The notes beneath the pieces were generated by a model that saw nothing but the letters and a program-made list of their open reading frames with translations, did not search any database and was not told the origin of the DNA. 64,000 nt of DNA from an uncultured virus (IMG/VR IMGVR_UViG_2724679134_000002) (Duplodnaviria; Heunggongvirae; Uroviricota; Caudoviricetes): the IMG/VR virus record IMGVR_UViG_2724679134_000002; one strand, 5' to 3'. The stretch's first letter is position 1. Every line of letters begins with the position of its first letter. This document shows positions 39,373 to 49,277 of the stretch, piece after piece. Position numbers and translations under genes: made by a program.

Positions 39373-39540
39373 GGAAATCACCACCTGTCGAGGGAAAGTA
39401 TGTTCTATTTAACTAAATATAGTATACATGATTCGACAGAAAACACAAGATATTGATAAAAAGTTACTAATCTTTGTGAAAAAATCAGATATTCCGTTAA
39501 GTTTAATTAAAATCACAGTTTCATAGGGAGGGAATTTGAA

Positions 39541-39690
39541 TTGAGTGCAGCGAGAAAGTGGAAAGACCTTCGAAGCAAATTAATTGGATATAAAGTGTTT
39601 GGAAAGTTCAATGATGTTGTTATCGACCATATTCTTAATGATATGGATGAATTAGATGCTAAATATTATAAAGTCAAAAATGAAAAATAA
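39541..39690 (+). CDS. 49-aa protein (not in ORF track)
   Basis: GGAGG RBS, TTG start, MSAARKWKDLR. Confidence 0.55.
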   Translation: MSAARKWKDLRSKLIGYKVFGKFNDVVIDHILNDMDELDAKYYKVKNEK

Positions 39691-39708
39691 AGAAAAGGGA
39701 GTTGTGGA

Positions 39709-40050
39709 ATGGGAGCTGCTAGACAATTATACGTGAAGCGTAGTGACCTGGTGATTTTAAATGAGGCGAAAGATAATACGAAAATACATATGCAAAATGG
39801 TGAATCATTTACGGTATTTAGAGGAGAGCTTATTGCAACAGACTTAGAAGGAAATCAAATGGTTATACCACAAAGTCAAAAGGATAATTACATTCCTGTT
39901 CAAAAAATGTCTGATTTAGAAGCTCAGATGGCACAAGGATATGCCGAAATGGCTGCGATTAATCTTGAGATGTCGGAAGCTTTCAACCAAGCTGAAAATG
40001 AAGCTGAAACAGTAACTACAGATTTAATTACAGGGGCATATAACGATTAG
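39709..40050 (+). CDS. yosL: YosL-like MazE-mimic (MazF inhibitor)
   Basis: MAQGYAEMAAINLEMSEAFNQAENEAET resembles the B. subtilis MazE C-terminus; upstream of nrdI. Confidence 0.8.
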   Translation: MGAARQLYVKRSDLVILNEAKDNTKIHMQNGESFTVFRGELIATDLEGNQMVIPQSQKDNYIPVQKMSDLEAQMAQGYAEMAAINLEMSEAFNQAENEAETVTTDLITGAYND

Positions 40051-40445
40051 TGATCATTACATATGAAAGTAAAACAGGCAATGTAAGAAGGTTTGTTAAA
40101 ACATTACAGCAAGAGTTAGATATTGAGGCAATTGAAATAACTGATGATACGATCATCAATCAAGAGTTCATACATATTACATATACGATAGGCTTTGGGG
40201 AAGTACCTGAAAGAACTTTGAATTTTATCAATAAGAATAAAAATAAAATAAGAGGAGTTGTTGTTAGTGGTAACAAGGTTTGGGGTGATAACTATGGTTT
40301 AGCTGGAGACAAGCTTTCAGCTAAGTTCCACACACCATTGTTATTAAAGTTTGAACTTAGTGGAACGAAACAAGACTTACAGAAGATCATTCAGGAGGTA
40401 CAACTTATTGACAAACACAATACCAAAGTGGATCAAGCTCAATAA
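40050..40445 (+). CDS. nrdI: Class Ib RNR flavodoxin NrdI
   Basis: YESKTGNVRRF, SGNKVWG, KFELSG. Confidence 0.95.
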   Translation: MIITYESKTGNVRRFVKTLQQELDIEAIEITDDTIINQEFIHITYTIGFGEVPERTLNFINKNKNKIRGVVVSGNKVWGDNYGLAGDKLSAKFHTPLLLKFELSGTKQDLQKIIQEVQLIDKHNTKVDQAQ

Positions 40446-42507
40446 TGAGATCATGATTCAGAAAGATGGGAAGTATCAATTCGAAAAGGATAAGGAGGCC
40501 GTACATAGTTACTTTGTTGATTACATTAATCAAAACACAGTCTTTTTCCATGATTTAAAAGAGAAGCTGGATTATTTGATTAAAAATGATTATTACGAAG
40601 AAGAATTCTTAGATCAATATACATTCGAACAGATTAAATCAATCTATAAAATTGCTTATAGTTACAAATTTAGATTCCCCTCCTTCATGAGTGCATTTAA
40701 GTTCTACAATGACTATGCATTAAAAACAAACGACAAAACAAAGATCCTGGAAAGGTACGAGGATCGTGTCTCAATTGTAGCTCTATATTGTGCTGATGGT
40801 GACTACGAGAAAGCTGTTGAGAATGTACATACAATGATGAAACAAGAGTATCAGCCGGCAACACCTACATTCCTTAATGCTGGACGTAAGCGAAGAGGTG
40901 AAATGGTGAGCTGCTTTTTACTTGAAGTGGATGACAGTTTGAATGCTATTTCTAGAGCTATTGATATCTCTATGCAGCTTTCTAAGCTAGGAGGAGGAGT
41001 AGCGCTTAATCTAAACAAATTAAGAGCCAAAGGCGAAGCGATTAAAGACGTAGAGAATGCGACTAAAGGTGTCGTAGGTGTTATGAAACTATTGGATACT
41101 GCTTTTAGATATGCAGATCAGATGGGACAAAGGCAAGGGTCAGGAGCGGCTTATCTAAGTGTATTCCATCCAGACATTACAGACTTCCTGGATACAAAAA
41201 AAATCTCAGCAGATGAAGATGTCCGAGTTAAAACACTGTCTATTGGCGTAGTTGTTCCAGATAAATTTATTGAATTGGCAAGGGAAGACAAGGATTATTA
41301 CATGTTCTATCCGCATTCAGTATACAAGGAGTATGGGCAGTATCTAGATGAGTTAGACATTAATGAAAAGTATGATGAGCTTGTTGAAAATCCAAGAGTA
41401 AGAAAAGCAAAGGGAAATGCTCGAAAGCTACTGGAGCAATTGGCCATTTTACGAAGTGAATCCGGATATCCGTATATTATGTTTGCTGATAACGTAAATA
41501 AAGTGCATCCAAATGAACATATTTCAAAAGTGAAATTTTCGAATTTGTGTTCTGAAGTCCTCCAATCATCCCAAGTATCAGTCTATACAGATTACGATCA
41601 AGAAGATGAAATTGGATTAGACATCTCTTGCAATCTTGGCTCAATGAACATTGTAAATGTAATGAGTAATCAATCAATTGCAACTACAGTGAAAACAGCA
41701 ATTGACTCACTGACAACTGTTACAAGAAAAACAAACATTGTAAATGCCCCAGCAGTTGCAAGAGCAAACACACTGATGAGATCAATTGGCTTAGGTCAAA
41801 TGAACCTCCATGGATTTCTAGCTCAAAACAATATTGCTTATGAAAGTGAAGAAGCTAAGGATTTTGTTAATACATACTTTATGATGATCAATTATTATTC
41901 CTTGCAACGTTCAATGGAAATTGCAAAGGAAACAGGGGAGAAATATTACAAGTTTGAAGGCTCAACTTACAAATCAGGTGAATACTTCAAAAAGTATGAA
42001 GAGAACTGCTTTAAGCCTAAGTTTGAAAAAGTTCAAAAGCTATTTGGCGATCAACACATTCCTGATGAATCAGATTGGTCTAAGCTGAAAGAGCAAGTTA
42101 TGGAACATGGGCTATATCATTCTTACAGACAAGCAGTTGCACCAACTGGAAGCATCTCATATGTTCAATCATCTACAGCGGGTGTAATGCCAATTATGGA
42201 GCGGATTGAGGAACGTACATACGGAAACAGCAAAACATATTATCCGATGCCTGGGCTATCGCCTCAGAACTGGTTTTTCTATAAGGAAGCGTACGATATG
42301 GACATGTTCAAGGTAGTTGATTTGATTGCAACTATTCAGCAGCATGTTGACCAAGGAATTTCGTTTACCTTGTTCTTGAAGGATACGATGACCACGAGAG
42401 ACCTAAACAGGATAGATCTTTACGCACATCACATGGGTATCAAGACACTTTACTACGCAAGAACTAAAGATACGGGGCAGGAAGGATGCTTGTCGTGCGT
42501 GGTTTAA
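40408..42507 (+). CDS. nrdE: Class Ib ribonucleotide reductase alpha subunit, no intron or intein
   Basis: TPTFLNAG, SCFL, SNLCSE, APTGSIS, YYAR, CLSC; GGAGG before TTG 40408. Confidence 0.95.
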   Translation: MTNTIPKWIKLNNEIMIQKDGKYQFEKDKEAVHSYFVDYINQNTVFFHDLKEKLDYLIKNDYYEEEFLDQYTFEQIKSIYKIAYSYKFRFPSFMSAFKFYNDYALKTNDKTKILERYEDRVSIVALYCADGDYEKAVENVHTMMKQEYQPATPTFLNAGRKRRGEMVSCFLLEVDDSLNAISRAIDISMQLSKLGGGVALNLNKLRAKGEAIKDVENATKGVVGVMKLLDTAFRYADQMGQRQGSGAAYLSVFHPDITDFLDTKKISADEDVRVKTLSIGVVVPDKFIELAREDKDYYMFYPHSVYKEYGQYLDELDINEKYDELVENPRVRKAKGNARKLLEQLAILRSESGYPYIMFADNVNKVHPNEHISKVKFSNLCSEVLQSSQVSVYTDYDQEDEIGLDISCNLGSMNIVNVMSNQSIATTVKTAIDSLTTVTRKTNIVNAPAVARANTLMRSIGLGQMNLHGFLAQNNIAYESEEAKDFVNTYFMMINYYSLQRSMEIAKETGEKYYKFEGSTYKSGEYFKKYEENCFKPKFEKVQKLFGDQHIPDESDWSKLKEQVMEHGLYHSYRQAVAPTGSISYVQSSTAGVMPIMERIEERTYGNSKTYYPMPGLSPQNWFFYKEAYDMDMFKVVDLIATIQQHVDQGISFTLFLKDTMTTRDLNRIDLYAHHMGIKTLYYARTKDTGQEGCLSCVV

Positions 42508-42632
42508 ATGGTGAAATTTATTGGAAGGGTAGAGTCAATAAACTGAACGTTTCTTAACCGGGAAATGAAGTGCGGGGTAAAAAACTTCAGATTAAAAGAA
42601 GTCAGCAATTTCGCCGACTTCAATTAATATTT

Positions 42633-43055
42633 TTAAAGTCCCACGACTCTGAAGAAACCAGTATTGCTATCACCAGTTCCATTATCATAATAGAATTTAT
42701 ATTCGCCTGTTTGATCAACGTCAAACGTTTTAACGATTGTTTCTCCTGCATCTAACTTTGTTGAAGATAGAAGGATGTTTCCATTAGGATAATAAAGTGT
42801 AAAATTGAAAGCTTTATTCCCATCATTTGCTACGAAAACTCTGATTTGATCTTGATTAGATCCGTTGTAGTTGAATTTAATTTCTTTATTGTTTCCAGCA
42901 AAAGTTTTACAAACTAAATAAGGACTATCACATGCCCAACTCATAGGTTTTACGGTTTTTACTTGATTCGGTAATGGTTTTGCGGATACATCTGCAACTC
43001 CAACAAAAGGAATTAGTCCAATTGCGATAGCTCCAGCAATGACTTTCTTTTTCAT
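42633..43055 (-). CDS. Secreted beta-sandwich protein inserted between nrdE and nrdF
   Basis: Signal peptide; GAGGGGG RBS; own antisense promoter region. Confidence 0.7.
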   Translation of the reverse strand: MKKKVIAGAIAIGLIPFVGVADVSAKPLPNQVKTVKPMSWACDSPYLVCKTFAGNNKEIKFNYNGSNQDQIRVFVANDGNKAFNFTLYYPNGNILLSSTKLDAGETIVKTFDVDQTGEYKFYYDNGTGDSNTGFFRVVGL

Positions 43056-43172
43056 TTTTTATTCCCCCTCTTAATAATGAGATTGATACACTATATAATT
43101 TACAATATTTAATAAATATTTCCTTCTTTTTCAAGAGGGGAGGGGCAAATAAAATTCAAGGAGGACATACAT

Positions 43173-44177
43173 TTGTCACAAATTAACAATCCCTTTGCTG
43201 CTGCTGACTGGTCGCAACATGAAGATGATTTCACCCAGATGTTTTACAACCAAAACGTTAAACAATTCTGGTTGCCAGAGGAGATTGCCTTAAATGGCGA
43301 TCTCCTCACTTGGAAGTACCTTGGGAAAAACGAACAAGATACTTATATGAAGGTGCTCGCCGGGCTTACTCTTCTTGATACCGAGCAGGGAAATACGGGA
43401 ATGCCGATCGTGGCCGACCACGTAGAGGGCCATCNNNNNNNNNNGCGCAAAGCGGTGCTGAACTTTATGGCCATGATGGAGAATGCAGTTCATGCTAAGT
43501 CTTACAGCAATATCTTTCTAACATTAGCTCCAACAGAGCAGATTAATGAAGTATTCGAATGGGTTAAGAACAATAAATATTTACAAAAGAAAGCACAAAT
43601 GATTGTCTCAATCTATAAATCAATCAAGAAAGATAATGACATTTCCTTATTTAAAGGAATGGTCGCTTCTGTGTTCTTGGAGAGTTTTCTTTTCTACTCA
43701 GGTTTTTATTACCCACTTTATTTTTATGGACAAGGTAAGTTAATGCAGAGTGGGGAAATCATAAATTTAATTATCCGTGACGAAGCGATTCATGGAACAT
43801 ACATTGGATTGTTAGCTCAGGAGATTTATAAGAAGCAAACACCAGAGAAGCAAATAGAACTGTATGCATGGGCTCTAAGTTTGCTCCAAGATCTATATGA
43901 AAATGAATTGGACTACACAGAGGATGTTTATGATGAAGTTGGTTTAGCATCTGATGTTAAGAAATTCATTAGGTACAACGCAAATAAGGCAATAAATAAC
44001 TTGGGATTTGATCATTATTTTGTAGAAGAGGATGTCAATCCAATTGTTATTAATGGATTGAGCACTAAGACAAAGTCACACGATTTCTTTTCGACTAAGG
44101 GAAATGGGTATAAAAAAGCAACAGTTGAGTCATTAAAGGATTCTGATTTCATTTTTAACGAGAAAGGGTGTATTTAA
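43173..44177 (+). CDS. nrdF: Class Ib ribonucleotide reductase beta subunit (10-N gap inside)
   Basis: [32 protein letters not shown]. Confidence 0.95.
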   Translation: MSQINNPFAAADWSQHEDDFTQMFYNQNVKQFWLPEEIALNGDLLTWKYLGKNEQDTYMKVLAGLTLLDTEQGNTGMPIVADHVEGHXXXXRKAVLNFMAMMENAVHAKSYSNIFLTLAPTEQINEVFEWVKNNKYLQKKAQMIVSIYKSIKKDNDISLFKGMVASVFLESFLFYSGFYYPLYFYGQGKLMQSGEIINLIIRDEAIHGTYIGLLAQEIYKKQTPEKQIELYAWALSLLQDLYENELDYTEDVYDEVGLASDVKKFIRYNANKAINNLGFDHYFVEEDVNPIVINGLSTKTKSHDFFSTKGNGYKKATVESLKDSDFIFNEKGCI

Positions 44178-44419
44178 TGAGACTGATCAAATTAGAGCAG
44201 CCAAATTGCAATCCGTGTAAAATGGTGTCCAATTATTTAAATCAAGCAAATATTGAATATGAAACAATCGATGTAACACAGCAACCTGAAGTAGCAGCAA
44301 GATTTGAAGTTATGGGAGTGCCAGTAACTATTTTGCTTAATGACCAAGGTGAGGAAGTAAAACGTAGTATTGGTTTTAAACCTGAAGAACTTGAACAGTT
44401 GTTAAAGGAATTACAATAG
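44177..44419 (+). CDS. yosR: Thioredoxin/NrdH-like redoxin
   Basis: CNPC; GVPV. Confidence 0.9.
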   Translation: MRLIKLEQPNCNPCKMVSNYLNQANIEYETIDVTQQPEVAARFEVMGVPVTILLNDQGEEVKRSIGFKPEELEQLLKELQ

Positions 44420-44461
44420 AAGGGTAATTTTAAACAAATATAAAATAAAGGGAGATAATGA

Positions 44462-44824
44462 ATGTATTTTATTGAGGATCAAGAAGGCTTAATTGGTAAC
44501 GAAGTTGCTTATGTTTGGGCAAATCAATTTTGTGAGCAAACAACAATTATTACGAAAGATGGAGGCGTATTTATGGCTAGTCAACAAGCTGACTGGGACG
44601 ATGGTTATGAGACAAGAATATTATACGCGCACGAAGCTAAAAAAATCTTATATCCTCTGAAAAGAGAGTTGCATGAAAAAGGTGTGATTGATGAATTAGA
44701 GTGGGAAGAGTACGAGAATGAGCTAAAAAAGAAGCAAGCTGTTGAAAGAGAGAAGTATCTCAAAGAGCAAGAAGAAAGAGAACGTAAACGCTATGAGGAG
44801 TTGAAAGCAAAGTTCGAACAATAA
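44462..44824 (+). CDS. Hypothetical protein with coiled-coil tail
   Basis: GGGAG RBS. Confidence 0.65.
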   Translation: MYFIEDQEGLIGNEVAYVWANQFCEQTTIITKDGGVFMASQQADWDDGYETRILYAHEAKKILYPLKRELHEKGVIDELEWEEYENELKKKQAVEREKYLKEQEERERKRYEELKAKFEQ

Positions 44825-44896
44825 TGAGTTGTTTGTTCAACTGAAGAAAACAGTATAAGATTATACATAATAAGAAACAAAAGGAGCTAATACATT

Positions 44897-45325
44897 ATGC
44901 AAATTAAAATCAAATATCTAGACGAAACACAAACAAGAATCAGCAAAATTGAGCAAGGAGATTGGATTGATCTTAGAGCTGCCGAAGATGTAACGATCAA
45001 TAAAGATGAATTTAAACTTGTCCCATTAGGTGTAGCAATGGAGTTACCTGAAGGTTACGAAGCACATGTCGTCCCTCGATCAAGTACATATAAGAATTTT
45101 GGTGTCATTCAGACTAATTCAATGGGTGTAATTGATGAGTCATACAAAGGAGACAATGATTTCTGGTTCTTCCCAGCTTATGCATTACGTGATACTGAAA
45201 TTAAAAAGGGAGATCGGATATGTCAGTTTAGAATCATGAAGAAAATGCCGACAGTGGAATTAGTTGAGGTTGCCCATTTAGGGAATGACGACAGAGGAGG
45301 ATTAGGTTCAACAGGAACTAAGTAA
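44897..45325 (+). CDS. yosS: Trimeric dUTPase
   Basis: [33 protein letters not shown]. Confidence 0.95.
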   Translation: MQIKIKYLDETQTRISKIEQGDWIDLRAAEDVTINKDEFKLVPLGVAMELPEGYEAHVVPRSSTYKNFGVIQTNSMGVIDESYKGDNDFWFFPAYALRDTEIKKGDRICQFRIMKKMPTVELVEVAHLGNDDRGGLGSTGTK

Positions 45326-45428
45326 ATAATTAAAACCTTGGCTGTATTCATGCTGTGTGATTTGAACAATGGAGGTTTCAGCCAAGGTACATATTACCTT
45401 ATGTATTTAGTGGATAGTTTATACTTGC

Positions 45429-45665
45429 TTAACTTAGCTGTTGAATATTAACAACGACTGTACCTATTGCAATGATGAGATATAGGAATCCATGATATTT
45501 CTGTTTTTTAATAAAAGCATCAATCCCAAAGCCAACAAAAAGAGCAGCTAAAATCAATTGTACAGCTACAAAAATTGTTTGATTATGAGTGAAGAAAGAA
45601 TAAAATAATAAAAACGCTAAAATGATTAGACCGATAAGGCAAACAATCTTTAATGCTTTACTCAA
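45429..45665 (-). CDS. Small three-TM membrane protein
   Basis: Hydrophobic; GGAGTG RBS. Confidence 0.65.
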   Translation of the reverse strand: MSKALKIVCLIGLIILAFLLFYSFFTHNQTIFVAVQLILAALFVGFGIDAFIKKQKYHGFLYLIIAIGTVVVNIQQLS

Positions 45666-45783
45666 AAAATCACTCCTACCACTGATGTTATTATTACTCT
45701 ATCACATTCAGGAAGGTGTTTGTATTTAACGTAATTCAAATAAAAGAAGACTTTTAACGAGATTTAAAAGGAGGAGATAGACC

Positions 45784-45978
45784 ATAAAACCCGATGGACA
45801 CAACAACTTACAAACAAAGTTTAATGACTTGTTGTACAGGAATGGACTTTGCTTAGGCTTTATAAATAAACAGGGGCTTGAAGATAAATTTATTGAACAT
45901 ATGAAGGAAGTTGCAAAATATGAAGAAGATCATCGGTACAGAGTTGCAGCTAAAAACTTCTTGGATTTATTAGAATAA
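45784..45978 (+). CDS. 64-aa ORF with apparent ATA start (not in ORF track)
   Basis: AAGGAGGAG RBS then ATA; open frame to TAA. Confidence 0.45.
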   Translation: MKPDGHNNLQTKFNDLLYRNGLCLGFINKQGLEDKFIEHMKEVAKYEEDHRYRVAAKNFLDLLE

Positions 45979-46003
45979 AAATAAAATAAAGGGAGATGAG
46001 GGG

Positions 46004-46309
46004 TTGGGAAAACATAAAAATATAATTGAAAAGTGTCTTATGAAAATAAGTGATCTTGAAAAAGCGCTAACCTTATTTAATGAAGATGAAGAGGAATATA
46101 TAAGTGTATTGGCAAAGATGCAATCTCAATATGATCAGATTGCAAATACAGCAATGGAAGGTTTCAAGGAATTGACTTTACATATCAGGAATACAGGAAA
46201 TAAGCGAGTACAACGGGGAATTGATCAACTACCACAAACCATTAAAGAAACCGTAAGTGATCAAATAAGTGAATTTAAAGAAGAACTAAAAGGGGGATTG
46301 TTTGATTAA
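46004..46309 (+). CDS. Hypothetical helical protein
   Basis: RBS and ORF. Confidence 0.6.
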   Translation: MGKHKNIIEKCLMKISDLEKALTLFNEDEEEYISVLAKMQSQYDQIANTAMEGFKELTLHIRNTGNKRVQRGIDQLPQTIKETVSDQISEFKEELKGGLFD

Positions 46310-46438
46310 AAGAGGATACGCATGATTTTTCAATAGATACAGATTTGATGAAGAAGCCTATTTTTACTTGGACAAATGACATTTGATTTTGAGGGAAATA
46401 CAATGCAATAAACAGGGAGAGCGACTGGAGGATTAAAA

Positions 46439-46615
46439 GTGTATAGACAATATCCAATCTGGTACACACAAACGCCTTACAATCAGTATTATGTACCTCA
46501 ATATCAAACATATATGTCATATGATGCTGAGAGATGCTATCAGCGATGTATGTACCAAACGGGTGGGAATTATCAGTTATGTAACAGGATTTGTTATGAA
46601 GATGTACAGGTGTAA
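46439..46615 (+). CDS. 58-aa Tyr/Gln-rich four-Cys peptide (not in ORF track)
   Basis: GGAGG RBS, GTG start; MYRQYPIWYTQTPYNQYY...RCYQRC...LCNRICY; hairpin downstream. Confidence 0.6.
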   Translation: MYRQYPIWYTQTPYNQYYVPQYQTYMSYDAERCYQRCMYQTGGNYQLCNRICYEDVQV

Positions 46616-46684
46616 ATGAGTTGAACACAGAGAGAGGAGGACTAGTTCCTTCTCTTCAAGAAAATATTAAGGAGGTGCATTCAT

Positions 46685-47089
46685 ATTATTTATGTAACGT
46701 TATTCTTAGTAGCTTATTTAATTGTATTAAACATAAATGAAATCAGGCTAATCGCAAGAGGCGAGGCAAATGTTTATAAGAAAGTTAAACAAATCATAGA
46801 CAACTCATCAATGCATGATTTAAATAAAAATAAGAACTTAGTGTACTTGTTTACGTTACTTAAAGGAATCTCTTTTATAATCCCTTTAGCTTTGATTGGT
46901 CTCATTTTGCACGAAAATGTTATTATTCTATTATGGACAGCATTCACAATAATTTACACTGTGCTCACCATGTTTAAGGTGCTTGATGTTATAGAGGGTG
47001 AGACATGTGTTAAGCAAAATAATTACGTATATTGGCTAGTTGTATGCGGTAACATGGTAGTTGCCTTAAATTTTATTATTACCTGGTGA
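46685..47089 (+). CDS. Membrane protein, probably starting at ATT 46685
   Basis: GGAGGTG RBS; 42 open in-frame codons upstream of track start 46811. Confidence 0.55.
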   Translation: MIYVTLFLVAYLIVLNINEIRLIARGEANVYKKVKQIIDNSSMHDLNKNKNLVYLFTLLKGISFIIPLALIGLILHENVIILLWTAFTIIYTVLTMFKVLDVIEGETCVKQNNYVYWLVVCGNMVVALNFIITW

Positions 47090-47124
47090 CACATTTATTA
47101 GGGAATATGAAAGGAAATAAGAAA

Positions 47125-47964
47125 ATGACTCAATTTGATATACAATATAATTCAATAATAACTGACATAATAAAAAATGGAATATCTGACGAGGAATTTA
47201 ATGTAAGGACTAAATGGGATTCTGATGGTACACCTGCCCATACTTTGAGTGTAATTAGTAAGCAAATGAGATTCGATAATTCTGAGTTGCCTATATTGAC
47301 AACAAAGAAGGTTGCCTGGAAAACAGCTATTAAAGAACTGCTATGGATTTGGCAGCTTAAATCAAACGATGTTAATGAATTAAATAAAATGGGTGTACAT
47401 ATTTGGGATCAATGGAAACAAGACAATGGAACAATCGGTAATGCATATGGTTATCAACTTGGTAAGAAGAACAGAGTTTTAAATGGTGAAACAGTTGACC
47501 AAGTCGATTATCTTCTCCATCAGTTAAAGAACAATCCATCATCACGTAGGCACATTACAATGCTATGGAATCCAGATGAATTAGACTCAATGGCATTAAC
47601 GCCATGTGTGTATGAAACTCAATGGTATGTTAAGCAAGGAAAACTCCACCTGGAGGTAAGAGCACGCAGTAATGACATGGCATTGGGAAATCCGTTCAAT
47701 GTATTCCAGTACAATATATTGCAACGCATGATTGCTCAAGTAACGGGTTATGAGCTCGGTGAGTATATCTTTAACATTGGTGATTGCCATGTTTACACAC
47801 GTCATATTGACAATTTGAGAATCCAAATGGAAAGGGAACAGTTTGAAGCACCTGAATTATGGATCAATCCTGAAGTCAAAGATTTTTATGAATTCACCAT
47901 CGATGACTTCAAATTAATTGACTATAAACACGGGGATAAGCTTTCATTTGAGGTAGCAGTATAA
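47125..47964 (+). CDS. thyA: Thymidylate synthase (B. subtilis ThyA / phi3T ThyP3 type)
   Basis: LTTKK, MALTPC, RSND, GDCHVY; 279 aa. Confidence 0.95.
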   Translation: MTQFDIQYNSIITDIIKNGISDEEFNVRTKWDSDGTPAHTLSVISKQMRFDNSELPILTTKKVAWKTAIKELLWIWQLKSNDVNELNKMGVHIWDQWKQDNGTIGNAYGYQLGKKNRVLNGETVDQVDYLLHQLKNNPSSRRHITMLWNPDELDSMALTPCVYETQWYVKQGKLHLEVRARSNDMALGNPFNVFQYNILQRMIAQVTGYELGEYIFNIGDCHVYTRHIDNLRIQMEREQFEAPELWINPEVKDFYEFTIDDFKLIDYKHGDKLSFEVAV

Positions 47965-48023
47965 TGCTGCCTCTAATTGTTTGCTCTAATAAATCATTGG
48001 CCATTGGCCATCAGATTATATAA
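47964..48023 (+). pseudogene. N-terminal remnant of dihydrofolate reductase
   Basis: MLPLIVCSNKSLAIGHQ resembles a DHFR N-terminus; coupled to thyA stop. Confidence 0.55.
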
Positions 48024-48203
48024 CATACGAAAAATTTAAATCTCTTATAGACAAATATAAAAAATAAGTATAATATATGAGTAGGGTATTAACCTAATCT
48101 TTTTAATTTTAAATGAGAAACAAATCGACAAAAATAAAAAATAAGAATAACTAAAAGTTTGGTTAAAACTAATATTTTATTCAAACTTTAAGGAGGTGAT
48201 TCA

Positions 48204-48557
48204 TTGGAGGTAGGAGACAAAATATATAGCACCAACGAACAGATAACAGCCTTAGAGGAAAAGAAATATCAAATTGAAACAACTTTACTTGAAAAACAGA
48301 GGGATTTGTTAAGACTTGAAACACAGCAAAGCAAAGAGAGACTGGAATTACTATTCGAGCTTAGTGAAATCTTAACCCAATTAGAAGGTGAAGAGTGGGT
48401 AAGCTCAACGATTGCTATTAGAATTATCACAATAAATAAAAGAAAGTACTTGGATCTATTTGTGCTTAGTGATGAAAAAGCATACATAAATAAAGATAAA
48501 TTTAAATTGCTTCATGATGAATTTTTTGACCTGAAACAACAATTAAATGTTATCTGA
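48204..48557 (+). CDS. Coiled-coil hypothetical protein
   Basis: AAGGAGGTG RBS after motif 48164. Confidence 0.65.
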   Translation: MEVGDKIYSTNEQITALEEKKYQIETTLLEKQRDLLRLETQQSKERLELLFELSEILTQLEGEEWVSSTIAIRIITINKRKYLDLFVLSDEKAYINKDKFKLLHDEFFDLKQQLNVI

Positions 48558-48569
48558 GGAGGTTACGTA

Positions 48570-49277
48570 ATGGAAAATAAAGTGCTAATCGACCACGCAA
48601 GAACTGTCTTTGAAAAGAAAGACGACAATTATTTTGGTTATAAATCTAGTTTAGGAGATATCGTTATTGGTGGGTCATATTCTTATAAGTTCGTAGTTCA
48701 CTATGCTAAGACAAATGAAGACGTTGTTATTATACCTGGCGACGTGAATAGGGTAACAACTCCGGTTTGCACAACACAAGAAGATCGCTTATGGAAGCCG
48801 GAGAAAAGCGCCCAAGCCAGCCGTGATGAAATCGTTGAGCAGGCGAAGGCGGACGTTGCGAAATTGGCGAATAAATACGGTTACTACTACGCTTATGGAC
48901 GGAATACGAAAGCGGAATTTATCGTAAATTGCGAGAAAAGAACCGTAGTCACAATTTTACGGTGGGTAGCGGATGGTCAAATCGTAGCAAGAGGAATCGC
49001 AAAAGCCGCACCGTCCGACTGTTTCAACGTTCATATCGGCCGTGCGATCGCGCTAAAACGTGCGTTAGGCTTGGCGGTGCCTGACGAATACTTAAACGCA
49101 CCGCAGCCGACAGAGGTTCGTGTGGGCGACGTAATTAGGTACGAAGCTAGCGGAAGAGTTGCGACGGTTGTATCAAATGAATCAGACGCAGACCTTCCGG
49201 CTGAGACGTATCTAACTACCGCAGAATCGTATCTGAATAGAATCATCGACGACTCACGCGAAGAGGTGGGCGAATGA
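48570..49277 (+). CDS. Phage hypothetical protein
   Basis: GGAGG RBS; GIAKA.P.DCFNVHIGRAIAL.RA. Confidence 0.7.
   Translation: MENKVLIDHARTVFEKKDDNYFGYKSSLGDIVIGGSYSYKFVVHYAKTNEDVVIIPGDVNRVTTPVCTTQEDRLWKPEKSAQASRDEIVEQAKADVAKLANKYGYYYAYGRNTKAEFIVNCEKRTVVTILRWVADGQIVARGIAKAAPSDCFNVHIGRAIALKRALGLAVPDEYLNAPQPTEVRVGDVIRYEASGRVATVVSNESDADLPAETYLTTAESYLNRIIDDSREEVGE

Noticed and set aside
40351..42507. Group I intron or intein in nrdE
   Set aside because: Frame is continuous, SNLCSE is intact and length is normal
43435..43444. Apparent insertion in nrdF
   Set aside because: 10-N placeholder where a single base would restore H-Q-R-K; no intron sequence visible, though one cannot be excluded
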